A DNA stretch of 64,000 nucleotides, from the NCBI GenBank assembly GCA_965205025.1, contig CBDBFU010000013.1:128001-192000 (forward strand). Reading direction: 5' to 3'. Source of the DNA: Candidatus Poribacteria bacterium (lineage in GTDB: Bacteria > Poribacteria > WGA-4E > WGA-3G). A program made the position numbers and the translations under genes. The notes beneath the pieces were generated by a model, which saw only the letters and a list, made by a program, of their open reading frames with translations, was not told the DNA's origin and did not search any database. Positions 8,966-20,432 of the stretch are shown here, in pieces (positions within the stretch are counted from its first letter, which is position 1; every line of letters starts with the position of its first letter).

Positions 8966-11143
8966 TTAATTTAGATGTGTTTCAAACCAATCCATAATCC
9001 GTTCTTGGTAATCAGTCCGGTGTTCAGGTCGCCAGTCGGTAGGAGAATGACCTTCACCTCTGTACCATACAAAAGTTGCTTTCTTCTTAAGCCGACGTAA
9101 TCCAGAGAAGAGTTCTCCAGATTGTATGAAGTCTAAACTATTATAAGCTTCTCCACAATAAATGAATACTGGGGTTTCAATCTTATCCAAAAAGAATATA
9201 GGTGAGTTATCAATATAACGTTGACGTTCCTCCCAGAGTGAACCCTTTAGATCTCCTTGTCCTGTTTCTGCCCAACCTATACCTCTACTGTGTCCTTTTT
9301 TAGTTAGTTGACCATAATAACTGGTAAGATTGTAGAGGCCGCCACCACAAACTGCTGCATTGAAACGGGGGGTCTGTGTAATCAATCCAGCAGTGCAATA
9401 TCCACCGTAACTAAATCCTATTATCCCTAAACGGTTTGGATCGGCGATACCCATTTCAATTACCTTGTCTATAGCCGGGAGAACGTATCCTGGCATTGCT
9501 TCTAATGAATCGGTAGATTCATCGGGCATATCAACACCGAGAACAGCAAAACCTTGGGCAGCGAGGAGTTGAAAGTTGATTTCTTCCTCAAACCCGAAAG
9601 TGTAAACCTCTCTCGTTAAATTTGCGCCTGGATAGACCTTCGTAATCAGAGGATAACGTTTTCCTTCCTCATAGTTGGCAGGTAGAATCAAAACACCTCG
9701 TAAACGTTCATCATTGGCTGTTTTTGATTCAATGAACTGGGCTTCCCCAAAGCGTAAACCCTGCAAATGAGGATTGAGATCTGTAACTGGTTGTTGTTTT
9801 TCAGAGACTGTATCATACATCCATACTTCCTCAGGGTAAGTTGCATTTTGTGCTCTATAGAGAAGCTTCGTTCCGTTCCCGAAAGGTGTGGATACTGAGG
9901 GTATGTAAATTTGTTGCTCAAACAGACAGGTAACACTTGTCTTATTAGTGTTTATTAAATGGAAACCATCTCTTCTTGTTTCGAGATCATGAGTTCGGAT
10001 ACAGATAGATTGTTCTTCATTTGATTGCCAGATGACATGTGTGTCTCTCTTAGCAATGATATCGATGATGTGTCGTTCCAATCCTTCTGAAAGTTTATGT
10101 GTATTGCTTCCGTCTGATGCAATCTCCCACACATGTCCATCAAAACCGCAGAAAACCGAAGTGCCTGAAGTGTTCCATAACGGACGTGTGAAAAAATGAG
10201 GGGTCTCTTCAAAATTCGCAGTAAGGTTTTTCTGTTCATCGCCCTGTTTTGATGTCAAAAACAGACCATCCGGGTGCGTATATATCAGTTGTTTCCCATC
10301 TGGTGCCCAACTCACGTATCGTGATCCATATCTGATGTTTTTTGCCAAGCACTTTATTGATGATCCATCCAAAGGCACTAATAATAACTCAAAGAAAACA
10401 TCCTGAGAAGTTATACTCTCCTTTCCTATTATGTTGAGTACTGCAACCGCAGTATCATCAGGAGAGAGAAACATTTCTACAACATATAATCCACGTGTGA
10501 GAAACGACACATCACCAGTGGCAACATTAAAAACACCTAAGTCTCCCTGATTCCATGCGAACTGACTGAATTCTTCATTTGAACCCATCTGCTCGTCTGG
10601 ACCAGTATGCCAAACATTGATGACCTGTCCCTCAGAATCAGGAGAAATAATTGTTGAAAAATCTATATCTTCAGGACGAAGTTTTGTGATGATATATTTT
10701 CCATCTGAAGTCCACTGTGGCACCTCATAACCTTCCATTGAACTAATCGGTTGATCACTAATTCGTCGCTGTTTATTTTCAATTTTGTCCCAAACCCATA
10801 GTTGCGGTGCACCCATCCGGTCAGAACAAAATGCAACATAGCGTCCATCTGGGGACCATCTTGGTGCCCAATCAACTCCTACATCAGAGCCGAGTTGATG
10901 AGATTTCTTTGTTTTGATATTGGTAACCCAAACCTCATCACAGTGATGATAATCTGGTGCTCCAGTGGGTAGAAGTCTTGAGTTTTCTGTACTTCTTTGT
11001 TCAGGTGACGACTTTCGATTTGGGTCTTTCACGACATAAGCAAGAGATTCTCCATCTGGGGAAAGTTGCATTTCTGAAATTTGTGGGAAAGCAAGTGATT
11101 TCATTTTAAGTACGTCTGAAACCGTTAATGTATTGTGATTCAT
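8966..11143 (-). CDS. S9 (prolyl oligopeptidase/acylaminoacyl) family peptidase
   Basis: PD40-like WSPDG propeller repeats, nucleophile GFSYGG, catalytic GEGH. Confidence 0.93.
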   Translation of the reverse strand: MNHNTLTVSDVLKMKSLAFPQISEMQLSPDGESLAYVVKDPNRKSSPEQRSTENSRLLPTGAPDYHHCDEVWVTNIKTKKSHQLGSDVGVDWAPRWSPDGRYVAFCSDRMGAPQLWVWDKIENKQRRISDQPISSMEGYEVPQWTSDGKYIITKLRPEDIDFSTIISPDSEGQVINVWHTGPDEQMGSNEEFSQFAWNQGDLGVFNVATGDVSFLTRGLYVVEMFLSPDDTAVAVLNIIGKESITSQDVFFELLLVPLDGSSIKCLAKNIRYGSRYVSWAPDGKQLIYTHPDGLFLTSKQGDEQKNLTANFEETPHFFTRPLWNTSGTSVFCGFDGHVWEIASDGSNTHKLSEGLERHIIDIIAKRDTHVIWQSNEEQSICIRTHDLETRRDGFHLINTNKTSVTCLFEQQIYIPSVSTPFGNGTKLLYRAQNATYPEEVWMYDTVSEKQQPVTDLNPHLQGLRFGEAQFIESKTANDERLRGVLILPANYEEGKRYPLITKVYPGANLTREVYTFGFEEEINFQLLAAQGFAVLGVDMPDESTDSLEAMPGYVLPAIDKVIEMGIADPNRLGIIGFSYGGYCTAGLITQTPRFNAAVCGGGLYNLTSYYGQLTKKGHSRGIGWAETGQGDLKGSLWEERQRYIDNSPIFFLDKIETPVFIYCGEAYNSLDFIQSGELFSGLRRLKKKATFVWYRGEGHSPTDWRPEHRTDYQERIMDWFETHLN

Positions 11144-11488
11144 CTTTTAATTCCTTTTTTCGGTTTTACAGCAGGTTTAGAGATCATTACCTACCGTGGA
11201 CGAAATGTTAGTTTATTTTAGAGTAAGGAGGGATTAGAAAAGTTGATAGGAGTGATCCGTTTATAGCAAAACAATTCTAAGAAATGCAATTTAAATATGA
11301 AACCCCTTTACTGTATAAAATTATGTTATCATAATATAAAACTGATTTTCAAATACAATAACTTTTCTATTTAATACTATGGGAAAATGGACGTAACACA
11401 ACAGAAACCAATTAATACATTTAACTTTATATGCGGTTTTCTGCATATTATCTCCTGAGATATTCTTACCAATCCATTACTCACATCT

Positions 11489-13399
11489 ATGAAGACTCCT
11501 TTAAAAAGTCCTATAACATTACGTGCAACGCTGGTAGGAATACTACTAATCCCATTTAATAGTTATTGGATTTTACATCTGAGTTATATATGGGATTCCA
11601 ACCGTCCTACAAGTTTAGCGTTACTGTTTAATGTACTTTTTACACTGCTTGTTCTCATTGCCCTGAATACTTTACTTAGACGGATCCGACCGACATTTGC
11701 TTTCTCACAGACCGAACTACTTACTATCTATGCAATGCTCTGTCAGGCATCTGTATTTGCTGGACGGGATATGCTACAAGTGTTGGTACCCATAATGGGG
11801 AATGGATTTTGGTATGCCACACCAGAGAACGAATGGTCACAGTTATTTCATCAGCATCTACCTGAATGGCTTGTGGTTGGTGACCTTGAGATACTCAGTG
11901 GATTCTATAAAGGTGAATCAACCTTCTATTTACAATCCCATATACAAGCATGGTTAATACCTACACTGATTTGGGTTGGATTCTGTCTCGTCATCGGTAC
12001 AACAATGCTGTGCCTAAACGTACTATTACGTAAACAATGGCAAGAACACGAACGACTCACCTATCCCATTGCTCAACTCCCCCTTGAAATTACGCAAGGT
12101 CAAAGTCGTTTCTTCAATCGTCGAACAATGACGGTTGGGATCTGTATTGCTGCTATACTCAACCTTCTTTATAGTTTACACCAAATTGATCCTGTTTTCC
12201 CTTCGATTCCACTGTATCACAGTTTTAGACTCACAGAGAAACCGTGGAGTGCGATGAACAATCCGGGATTTCGAATTAGTTTCTTTCCTTTTGCCATCGG
12301 TGTTGGGTTCCTGATACCACTTGATCTTGGATTTTCCTGCTGGTTCTTTCACCTATTTTGGCATTTTCAGAGAATCACTGGTGAAAGTTTCGGATGGCGT
12401 AGTGCGATAGGATTTCCACGAGAGATGGCACAGATTAGGGGTGTATGGATTGCATTATTCTTTTGGACGATGTGGATGGGAAGAACACATTTTAAGAGTG
12501 TTATACAAATGCTATTCAGGAATCTACCTCACAAGGAATCAGATGAAACTGAAGCATTACGTTATAGAACAGCAATGATAGGGGCAATTATCGGTCTGGT
12601 ATTAATACTTATATTTTGTTTGAAGGCAGGTATGGCTCTTTGGCTTGCCTTTCTATTTTTTGTCATCTATTTTTGTATGTCAATAACTATAACACGAATT
12701 CGTGCAGAATTAGGTCCACCTGCTCACGATCTTTATAACGCAGGACCAGACCTGCTATTGGTAGATGCTTTTGGTACGCGTCGTATTGGAAACCGAAATC
12801 TATCGGTTATGTCATTGTTCTTCTGGTTGAATCATCTTTCATATCGAGCCCATCCGATGCCCCATCAATTGGAAGCGTTAAAACTTGCCCATCAAACCCG
12901 TTTTAATCCGAAACAACTCCTTTGGGTATTAGCCATAGCTATCTTTGTTGGTGCGCTTTCAGCAGCATGGGGTCACTTACATCTATCCTATCAAGTCGGT
13001 TTAGAGAATGCACGTTCCTGGTATGCCCGCGCAGCCTTTAATCGGTTGGCTGGATGGTTATATAATCCGGGTGAAACGAATATCAGCGGCATGTTTTATA
13101 CTTTTGGTGGCTTCATGTTTGCGCTGAGTTTGTTACTTTTACGTTGGCGATTTATTCAGTTTCCTCTACATCCGGTTGGATATGTCGTTTCAAGTTGGTG
13201 GACATTTACTGGCTTATGGTTTCCACTGTTAATCAGTTGGACTGTAAAACGGATTTTACTTTCTACTGGTGGCGTAAAGTTATACAGACGTGCCATTCCA
13301 TTTTTTATCGGATTGGTAATTGGGGATGTGATTGTAGCATCTGTGATAAGTATTTTAGGATTATTTCTTAATTTCCAAGTTAGGTATCTCAGTTGGTAA
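11489..13399 (+). CDS. Polytopic membrane protein, putative peptide transporter (OPT-like / DUF6785-type)
   Basis: Many TM helices; LRKQWQEHERLTYPIAQLP, RIRAELG and PLHPVGY motifs. Confidence 0.7.
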   Translation: MKTPLKSPITLRATLVGILLIPFNSYWILHLSYIWDSNRPTSLALLFNVLFTLLVLIALNTLLRRIRPTFAFSQTELLTIYAMLCQASVFAGRDMLQVLVPIMGNGFWYATPENEWSQLFHQHLPEWLVVGDLEILSGFYKGESTFYLQSHIQAWLIPTLIWVGFCLVIGTTMLCLNVLLRKQWQEHERLTYPIAQLPLEITQGQSRFFNRRTMTVGICIAAILNLLYSLHQIDPVFPSIPLYHSFRLTEKPWSAMNNPGFRISFFPFAIGVGFLIPLDLGFSCWFFHLFWHFQRITGESFGWRSAIGFPREMAQIRGVWIALFFWTMWMGRTHFKSVIQMLFRNLPHKESDETEALRYRTAMIGAIIGLVLILIFCLKAGMALWLAFLFFVIYFCMSITITRIRAELGPPAHDLYNAGPDLLLVDAFGTRRIGNRNLSVMSLFFWLNHLSYRAHPMPHQLEALKLAHQTRFNPKQLLWVLAIAIFVGALSAAWGHLHLSYQVGLENARSWYARAAFNRLAGWLYNPGETNISGMFYTFGGFMFALSLLLLRWRFIQFPLHPVGYVVSSWWTFTGLWFPLLISWTVKRILLSTGGVKLYRRAIPFFIGLVIGDVIVASVISILGLFLNFQVRYLSW

Positions 13400-13497
13400 A
13401 TTAGACAGAATTTGTAGCAGTTTAATGTTTTTTATCGTAAAGTTTAGCAGGATTAATAGACTTGTATATACGGTATTAATGGTTTGAATTTATCATT

Positions 13498-14427
13498 ATG
13501 AACACAGAAAACATCTCACTCAGCGTGAATATTGGTGGAATTCAGATGCGGAATCCTGTGATGACTGCCTCTGGCACATTTGGATATGGAAGTGAATATG
13601 CGGATTTTGTAGACCTAAACAGTCTGGGGGCTGTTGTTGTAAAAGGGGTGACAAGTGTTCCGTGGCCAGGTAATCCAATGAACCGCATTATGGAAACTCC
13701 ATCAGGCATGCTCAATGCTATTGGTCTGCAAAACGTTGGTGTTGACGGTTTTATTTCTGAAAAATTACCTTACCTAAACGAATTTGATGTGCCAGTCATT
13801 GTTAACGTCTGTGGTAAAATGGTTAAAGAATACCTTTTAGTCGTTGAAAAGTTGAGCAGCGTTGATGGTGTTGCAGGTATAGAACTCAATATCTCCTGTC
13901 CAAACCTTGATTGTGGAGGTATGAGTTTCGGTGTTGATCCAACATTGGCACATCAGCTTGTTTCTGAAGTACGAGAGATAACAGATCTACCATTACTTGT
14001 AAAGTTATCACCAAATGTTACTGATATTACAGTAATTGCACGTGCTGTAGAGGATGGCGGAGCAGATGCACTTTCAGCTATAAACACTCTACTGGGTATG
14101 GCAATAAATGCTAAGACGCGTGAACCTGAAATTGCAAATGTAACTGGGGGGCTCTCTGGACCTGCCATTAAACCTGTCGCATTACGATTGGTATGGGAAG
14201 TCTATAAGAGTGTAAAACTGCCAATTGTTGGTATGGGTGGCATAATGAATGGAACGGATGCTGTTGAGTTTCTCATTGCGGGTGCTTCTGCAGTCGCTGT
14301 GGGTACGGCTAACTTTATTAATCCACAAGCATCTATTGAAGTAATAGATGGAATCGGTAATTACCTTGAAAAAATGGAAATGAATTCAGTAAAAGAATTG
14401 GTTGGCAGTTTAAGAGTTGCATCCTAA
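13498..14427 (+). CDS. pyrD: Dihydroorotate dehydrogenase, family 1B catalytic subunit
   Basis: ASGTFGYG, NAIGLQN, ELNISCPN, KLSPN, GGLSGPAIKP. Confidence 0.96.
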   Translation: MNTENISLSVNIGGIQMRNPVMTASGTFGYGSEYADFVDLNSLGAVVVKGVTSVPWPGNPMNRIMETPSGMLNAIGLQNVGVDGFISEKLPYLNEFDVPVIVNVCGKMVKEYLLVVEKLSSVDGVAGIELNISCPNLDCGGMSFGVDPTLAHQLVSEVREITDLPLLVKLSPNVTDITVIARAVEDGGADALSAINTLLGMAINAKTREPEIANVTGGLSGPAIKPVALRLVWEVYKSVKLPIVGMGGIMNGTDAVEFLIAGASAVAVGTANFINPQASIEVIDGIGNYLEKMEMNSVKELVGSLRVAS

Positions 14428-14491
14428 TAGTCAATATATCAGGATACAAATGAGATAAGACGCATATACAACATGCGTCTATAGGAGAACA

Positions 14492-15568
14492 ATGCGACAT
14501 CTGGTAACACTTGACGATTTATCGAATTATGAAATTGAGCAGATATTCCGGTTAGCTGCAGGAATGCAATCGCAATTAGATACGTGGGCAGGAATATGTC
14601 GTAGCAAATTGTTGGCAACACTTTTCTATGAACCGAGTACACGTACCCGTCTTTCGTTTGAAAGTGCGATGGAAAGACTTAATGGTGGTACGCTTGGGTT
14701 TGCTGATCCGGGTGCAACATCGACGACAAAGGGAGAAACACTTGCTGATACAGCTCGGATGGTCACCAACTATGCTGATATTATTGTCGTCAGACACAAT
14801 TTGGCAGGTTCGGCACGGGTTATGGCGAAATATGCCAATATCCCTGTAATCAATGGGGGTGATGGCAGTCATACACATCCGACACAAGCATTGACCGATC
14901 TGTATACAATAATTCGGCGTAAAGAAAAGGTTGAAGGTTTAAGTGTAGGTATTTGTGGAGATCTTCGGTATGGTAGAGCTGCCCATTCGTTCGCCTTATC
15001 CGTTGCCAGATTTGGTGGGAAACTGGTTCATATTGCCCCTGAAGGATTACAGATGCCACCATGGGTATTAACTCGATTAGATCAAATACATGGGCAAAAA
15101 CCTATTGAAGTAGATACTTTCTTGGAGGTTATTGACATGCTTGATGTGATCTATGTCAATCGTCTACAAGAGGAACGGCTTCCTCCTACAGTTGATGTAC
15201 AAGAAGTGCGCGGTAGTTATCTCCTAAATTCAGCAGTGATGAAGAATGCTAAACCAGATGCGATGATAATGCACCCACTTCCCCGTGTTAACGAACTATC
15301 GTATGAATTAGATGATGATCCACGGGCAGCATATTTCGAACAATCTGCCAATGCGGTTCCAGTCCGTATGGCACTGATTTCAAGTTTAATGGGTTTAGAA
15401 CAATTGATTTTGACACAACCCCCTCAACGGAAAATCAGTAATTCCTCTTCTCAATGTCAGAACTCAAATTGCATCACGAACCACGAAACCTATCTTGATT
15501 TAGAACGCGAAACCTTCAATGGAAGTATCGAAGTGAATGTTTGTGCATACTGTGGTACGCTTGAGTAA
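14492..15568 (+). CDS. pyrB: Aspartate carbamoyltransferase with a C-terminal PyrI-like Zn-binding extension
   Basis: FYEPSTRTRLSF, HPTQ, GDLRYGR, MHPLPR; tail CQNSNCITNHE...CAYCG. Confidence 0.93.
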   Translation: MRHLVTLDDLSNYEIEQIFRLAAGMQSQLDTWAGICRSKLLATLFYEPSTRTRLSFESAMERLNGGTLGFADPGATSTTKGETLADTARMVTNYADIIVVRHNLAGSARVMAKYANIPVINGGDGSHTHPTQALTDLYTIIRRKEKVEGLSVGICGDLRYGRAAHSFALSVARFGGKLVHIAPEGLQMPPWVLTRLDQIHGQKPIEVDTFLEVIDMLDVIYVNRLQEERLPPTVDVQEVRGSYLLNSAVMKNAKPDAMIMHPLPRVNELSYELDDDPRAAYFEQSANAVPVRMALISSLMGLEQLILTQPPQRKISNSSSQCQNSNCITNHETYLDLERETFNGSIEVNVCAYCGTLE

Positions 15569-15648
15569 GACTTTACTGACTTATAGAAGCCCTCACGGTC
15601 GTGACCGGGAGGTCGCTCCTACAGAAGAGGTGTGAAACGCGAACGTAA

Positions 15649-15774
15649 TACCATTTCTATAAATGATTCTCCCATGATTATGTGACATTTATGTCTTGAA
15701 ATACTACACAAACTGGAAGTTTGTGCTACATTAAAGAGATTCTATTAATGAGACTTTAATTACCAGAAATGGTA
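15649..15774. mobile_element. MITE family A (TIR TACYATTTCT, 3-bp TWA duplication)
   Basis: TAA on both sides; homologous empty site at ~42677; internal CACAAACT-GGA-AGTTTGTGCTAC palindrome. Confidence 0.85.
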
Positions 15775-15830
15775 TAACTTGAACCAATAGCATCTGTTGT
15801 ATTATTTTTATTGTTCACTATATATTATCC

Positions 15831-17261
15831 CTACAATTCGTCCTTTTCGATGATAGCATATTTGGTATATCGCCAAAAGAGGTCTCCTGGTCCGATAGCT
15901 TGCCAAAGTCCATTAACAAATGTCATGACAGCAGCATCTTGCTGTTCCGTGGTGAGTGTACTGCGTGGAAACCTCCCCTTTTTTCCCCAATTGGAATATG
16001 TGAGTGGTTCACCATTCTCCCACACCCACTGCCCTTCAGTTTTTGCATCGCTGAGTCCAATCCAATAGAGATGATTTCCAAAAACACCTGAAAGCCATTT
16101 CTGCTCATTTTCGTCATTTATAGCCACAAGGTATGCCCCATGAGAAGCCGCTTGATTCCTTGCTTCCTTAAGGCTTCTACATCGAACCTTTCTATATGCA
16201 TGACCATTTTCTGGATTCACTAACCAATTTTCTAAATCCTTATTTGGTTGGGTTATTGTAGTCTTTTCATCAGATTCTGGTATAGTAATTCCCAGTTTTT
16301 CTTCTATTATCTTTGGTGGATTATCAGGCAAATCTATTACCTCAACGTTTTGAATTACCTTTTCTTGAATAACACGTTCTCTAACGACAGGTTTCTGCAC
16401 TTGTTTCGGTTTCCTGGACAACTTACCCAATAAGCCGGGGAGAGAGGAACTTTTTTTAGCTTTTTCTGTTGTTGGTTTTCGTACCGGAGCAACAATCCAA
16501 TCCGGTTTTGGTTCAGGTTCAGATGCCTCAGTATCTAAAGTCAAAACCAAGTCATCATAGCGTGTGCCATCTTCAATTAATATCTTCTCTGATTTAGTTG
16601 TTAATCCTTTGTGACTCACAGAGACAGTGTAATCTGCTGGGTAACGATCTTGGCGAATATAGTACACAAAATATCCATCAGAATCTGTTGTTTCGCCTCC
16701 ACTATTTCTGCTACTCCCTCCGTTTTCAACATTAACACTTTCTACAACCCTTGAAATAGAGGTATTTGCAAGAGGTGTTCCATCCTTGAGCACCACCCTG
16801 GCACGAATTCGCATACGAGGTCGTACAATAACAACCACATTTTGAAGGTGAGTGCCAGGTTTTACACTGAATTTAACTCCGGAATCATAGTGATTTGTAC
16901 TTTGATGAATTGTAATATCACCAATTTCTGCGGAGATAACTTCATAATCCGGTCCCCTCTGTTCTGTATTAAAGGAGAAATTTCCCTTTTCATCCTTATA
17001 CAGATTCCAAGGGATCGTAAATTGAATGGGTATATTTAGAAGATTGCTGAAGGTAAATTCACCTTTTTCATTAGTTTTTGATCGCATGGGACCGTTAGAA
17101 AGTGTAAGTGTAAACCCTTGAACGGGTTCCTCATTCTTATCTAAGACTATTCCAGACAGTGTCCCGGTCTGTACCTGTGCATGACAAGGGATAGATATAA
17201 ATAGGTATAAGGACAAAATACATAAGAGATATTTTGTATAGATATTGTCTATATAAGTCAT
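15831..17261 (-). CDS. Secreted protein with carboxypeptidase-regulatory-like (prealbumin-fold) domains and a C-terminal C-type lectin domain (gene A, copy 1)
   Basis: Signal peptide, GTLSGIVLD, NGHAY, LVAINDENEQ, YWIGLSD, WENGEPLTYSNW. Confidence 0.82.
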   Translation of the reverse strand: MTYIDNIYTKYLLCILSLYLFISIPCHAQVQTGTLSGIVLDKNEEPVQGFTLTLSNGPMRSKTNEKGEFTFSNLLNIPIQFTIPWNLYKDEKGNFSFNTEQRGPDYEVISAEIGDITIHQSTNHYDSGVKFSVKPGTHLQNVVVIVRPRMRIRARVVLKDGTPLANTSISRVVESVNVENGGSSRNSGGETTDSDGYFVYYIRQDRYPADYTVSVSHKGLTTKSEKILIEDGTRYDDLVLTLDTEASEPEPKPDWIVAPVRKPTTEKAKKSSSLPGLLGKLSRKPKQVQKPVVRERVIQEKVIQNVEVIDLPDNPPKIIEEKLGITIPESDEKTTITQPNKDLENWLVNPENGHAYRKVRCRSLKEARNQAASHGAYLVAINDENEQKWLSGVFGNHLYWIGLSDAKTEGQWVWENGEPLTYSNWGKKGRFPRSTLTTEQQDAAVMTFVNGLWQAIGPGDLFWRYTKYAIIEKDEL

Positions 17262-17295
17262 TTTATATTCCTCTACTTTCTGTTAATAAATATTA

Positions 17296-18502
17296 TTACT
17301 TATTATCTTGTGTATTCTCTTTTGGATTTTCTTTCTCAAGAATAGCCATCATGGGGAATCCTGTATGTCGATCAGTTCCAAGGGTATTCCACTTTCCGTG
17401 AGAATTGATTATCACATTATTCAGTATACCTTTGTTTTCATTTAATTGTTTCGCATTACCCCAGTTTGTATAAGTGACCGGTTCGCCACTATGCCATATC
17501 CATTTTCCCTCTTCATCCATTTCACTGAGTCCAATTATATAACTTGACCTATCTGTGATATTCTCAATCCATTTTTCTTCAATTTTATCATTGATTGACA
17601 CGAGATATGCCTTTTCATTGTTTGATTGGGTAAGAGCATCCTCTATACTGTGACAATATATTTTTTTATAATAATGACCATTCATTGGATTGCGTATCCA
17701 AACAGCTGGCGTACTTAGTAATCTATTGAATTCTGCGGAAACCCGTTCTGGTGTATTTTCATCAAAAGGAATCGGTTTATCGTTCAGTTTCAATAATAGA
17801 TGTACTACTGGTTGTCCTTCGAGTGGGATAAATGGATCTGATACAGCAAAATAACCGCCATGTTCAATAGCAATCCTATAAAATTGTGGTTCATCATCTA
17901 TTCTGAGTTTCTCAGTAAAATAACCCTCTGAATCTGTATTTCGGTGTCCACGTGATCTTCCAGATCCAGACCTGTCTATATCTCTTCGATTAATCGCTGT
18001 ATTGACCTGTGTATCTGTGATGGGTGTGCCATCAGCATCAACAACCCTTGCTCGAATTTGCGGTATTATTTTAGTTTTTACCTTAATTATTGCATTCTCT
18101 ATTCTTGCCCCCGGTTTTAATGAGAGTAACATAATTTTGAAAGGTGGTCTTTCCTCAGGATAAAGCGTTAGATCCCCTAAGTCAATTGACAGTATTTTTG
18201 TTTCTGTATCATTATCTCCGATTAGAATTTTTACAGACTCAGGAGGTATGTTTGTTATGGTGAATTTACCATCTCTATCTGTGTGCTGCACAATATGTGG
18301 CATGATTCTCAGTTCTCTAATTTTTGATATTGTATGGACGAATTTCTACCGTGACATTAATTACTGGTTCTCCACTTTCATCCACAACAGTTCCAGAAAA
18401 TGTTGCCTTTTCTTGAGCATTTACCACCGATATTATGAGAATAAAGAACATCAATATAAAGATGTATGACGTATTCTTTCGAAGGTTACATTTATATTTC
18501 AT
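17296..18502 (-). CDS. Secreted C-type lectin domain protein (gene B, copy 1); frameshift in a homopolymer at ~18321-18325
   Basis: ORFs 18317..18502 and 17296..18303 together align with the intact paralogue 20433..21647. Confidence 0.78.
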
Positions 18503-18646
18503 GGTTTATCTCCCGTTTATTTTGGTTGAGGTAGTTGATAATATTACAATACAAAATATGGAAACAAAATTGGGAAGTGGATGAATCATAGTAAATCCTA
18601 CATAGTTTAATGTAGTATTAATTTTATTGTTCACTATATTTTATCC

Positions 18647-20168
18647 CTACAATTCGTCCCTTTCAATGATAGCATTTTTGGTATATTGCCAAAAGAGGTC
18701 TCCTGATCCGATAGCTTGCCAAAGTCCATTAACAAATGTCATGATAGCAGCATCTTGCTGTTCCGTTGTTAGTGTGCTGCGTGGGAACATACCCTTTTTT
18801 CCCCAATTGGAATATGTGAGAGGTTCACCATTCTCCCACACCCACTGCCCTTCAGTTTTTGCATCGCTGAGTCCAATCCAATAGAGATGATTTCCAAAAA
18901 CACCTGAAAGCCATTTCTGCTCATTTTCGTCATTTATAGCCACAAGGTATGCCCCATGAGAAGCCGCTTGATTCCTTGCCTCCTTAAGGCTTCTACATTG
19001 AATCTTTCTATATGCATGACCATTTTCTGGATTCACTAACCAATTTTCTAAATCCTTAATTGGTTGGGTTATTGTAGTCTTTTCATCAGATTCCTTAATT
19101 AGTTGGGTTATTTTAGTTTTTTCATCAGATTCCTTAATTGGTTGGGTTATTGTAGTCTTCTCATCAGATTCTGGTATAGTAATTCTCGGTTTTTCAATTA
19201 CCTTTGGTGGATTAACCGGCAATTCTTTAACCTCGACGTTTTGAATTACCTTTTCTTGAATAACAGATTCTCTGACGACAGTTTTCTGAACTTGTTTCGG
19301 TTTTCTGGACAACTTGCCAAACAAACTGGGTAGAGAGGGACTTTTAACTTTTGCTTCAGAATCTAAAGTCAAAACCAAGTCATCAATACGTGTGCCATCT
19401 TCAATTAATATGTTCTTTGATTTTACCAAGTCATCAAAACTTGTGTCATCTTTAATTAATTTGTTCCTTTGTTTTGTTGTTAATTCTTTGTTACTCACAG
19501 AGATAGTGTATTCTGCGGGGATACGACCTGGCCGAATATAGTGCACAAAATATCCTTCAGAATCTGTATGTGCATTTCCAATACTTCTGATCATTCCTCC
19601 TAAATTTTTGATAATTTCTCCGTTTTCAACTATAACAATAACACTTTCTATAATCGTTGAAATAGAGGTATTTGCAAGAGGTGTTCCATCCTTGAGCACC
19701 ACCCCTGGTACGAATCCGCGCACGAGGTCGAACAATAACAACCACATTTTGAAGGTGAGTACCAGGCTTTACACTGAATTTAACATCGTGAGGAATGCTG
19801 TGTTTACTTTTGTGAATTGTTATTTTACCAATTTTTGTGGAGATAACTTCATAATCCGGTTCCCATTGTCTTGCTTTAAAAGAGTAATTTCCCTTTTCAT
19901 CCTTATACAGATTCGAAGGAATCGTAAATTGAATGGGTATATTGGGAATATTGTTGAATGTAAACTCACCTTTTTCATTAGTTTTTGAGTGCATGGGACC
20001 GTTAGAAAGTGCAAGTGTAAACCCTTGAACGGGTTCCTCATTCTTATCTAAGACTGTTCCAGACAGTGTCCCAGTCTGTTCCTGTGCAAGACAAGGGATA
20101 GATATAAATAGGTATAAGGACAAAATACATAAGAGATATTTTGTATAGATATTGTCTATATAGGTCAT
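18647..20168 (-). CDS. Secreted C-type lectin domain protein (gene A, copy 2); +1 frameshift at 19702-19705
   Basis: Paralogue of 15831..17261 with one extra C relative to it. Confidence 0.8.
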
Positions 20169-20205
20169 TTTATATTCCTCTATTTTCTGTTAATAAATGT
20201 TATTA

Positions 20206-20432
20206 TACTATTTCTATAAATTATTGTCTCATTAGGCGGTTATAATGGTAGTCATTTTTCAGGTCACAAACTGAATGAAGATTAAAATAATAATTCGGTA
20301 ATGTGTTAGAAATTCGGTTCGGTTAGGAAACCGAACCTACCAAGTTTGGGAAAATGGGAATTACCGAATTTAAAACTTAATCCTCATAAAGTTTGTGGTA
20401 CAAAAAAGAGACATTTTCAATTAGAAATGGTA
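20206..20432. mobile_element. MITE family A with a nested IS630-end mini element (20275-20387)
   Basis: TTA duplication; absent from the paralogous intergenic site at ~17295; uninterrupted copy at 24980-25092. Confidence 0.87.
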
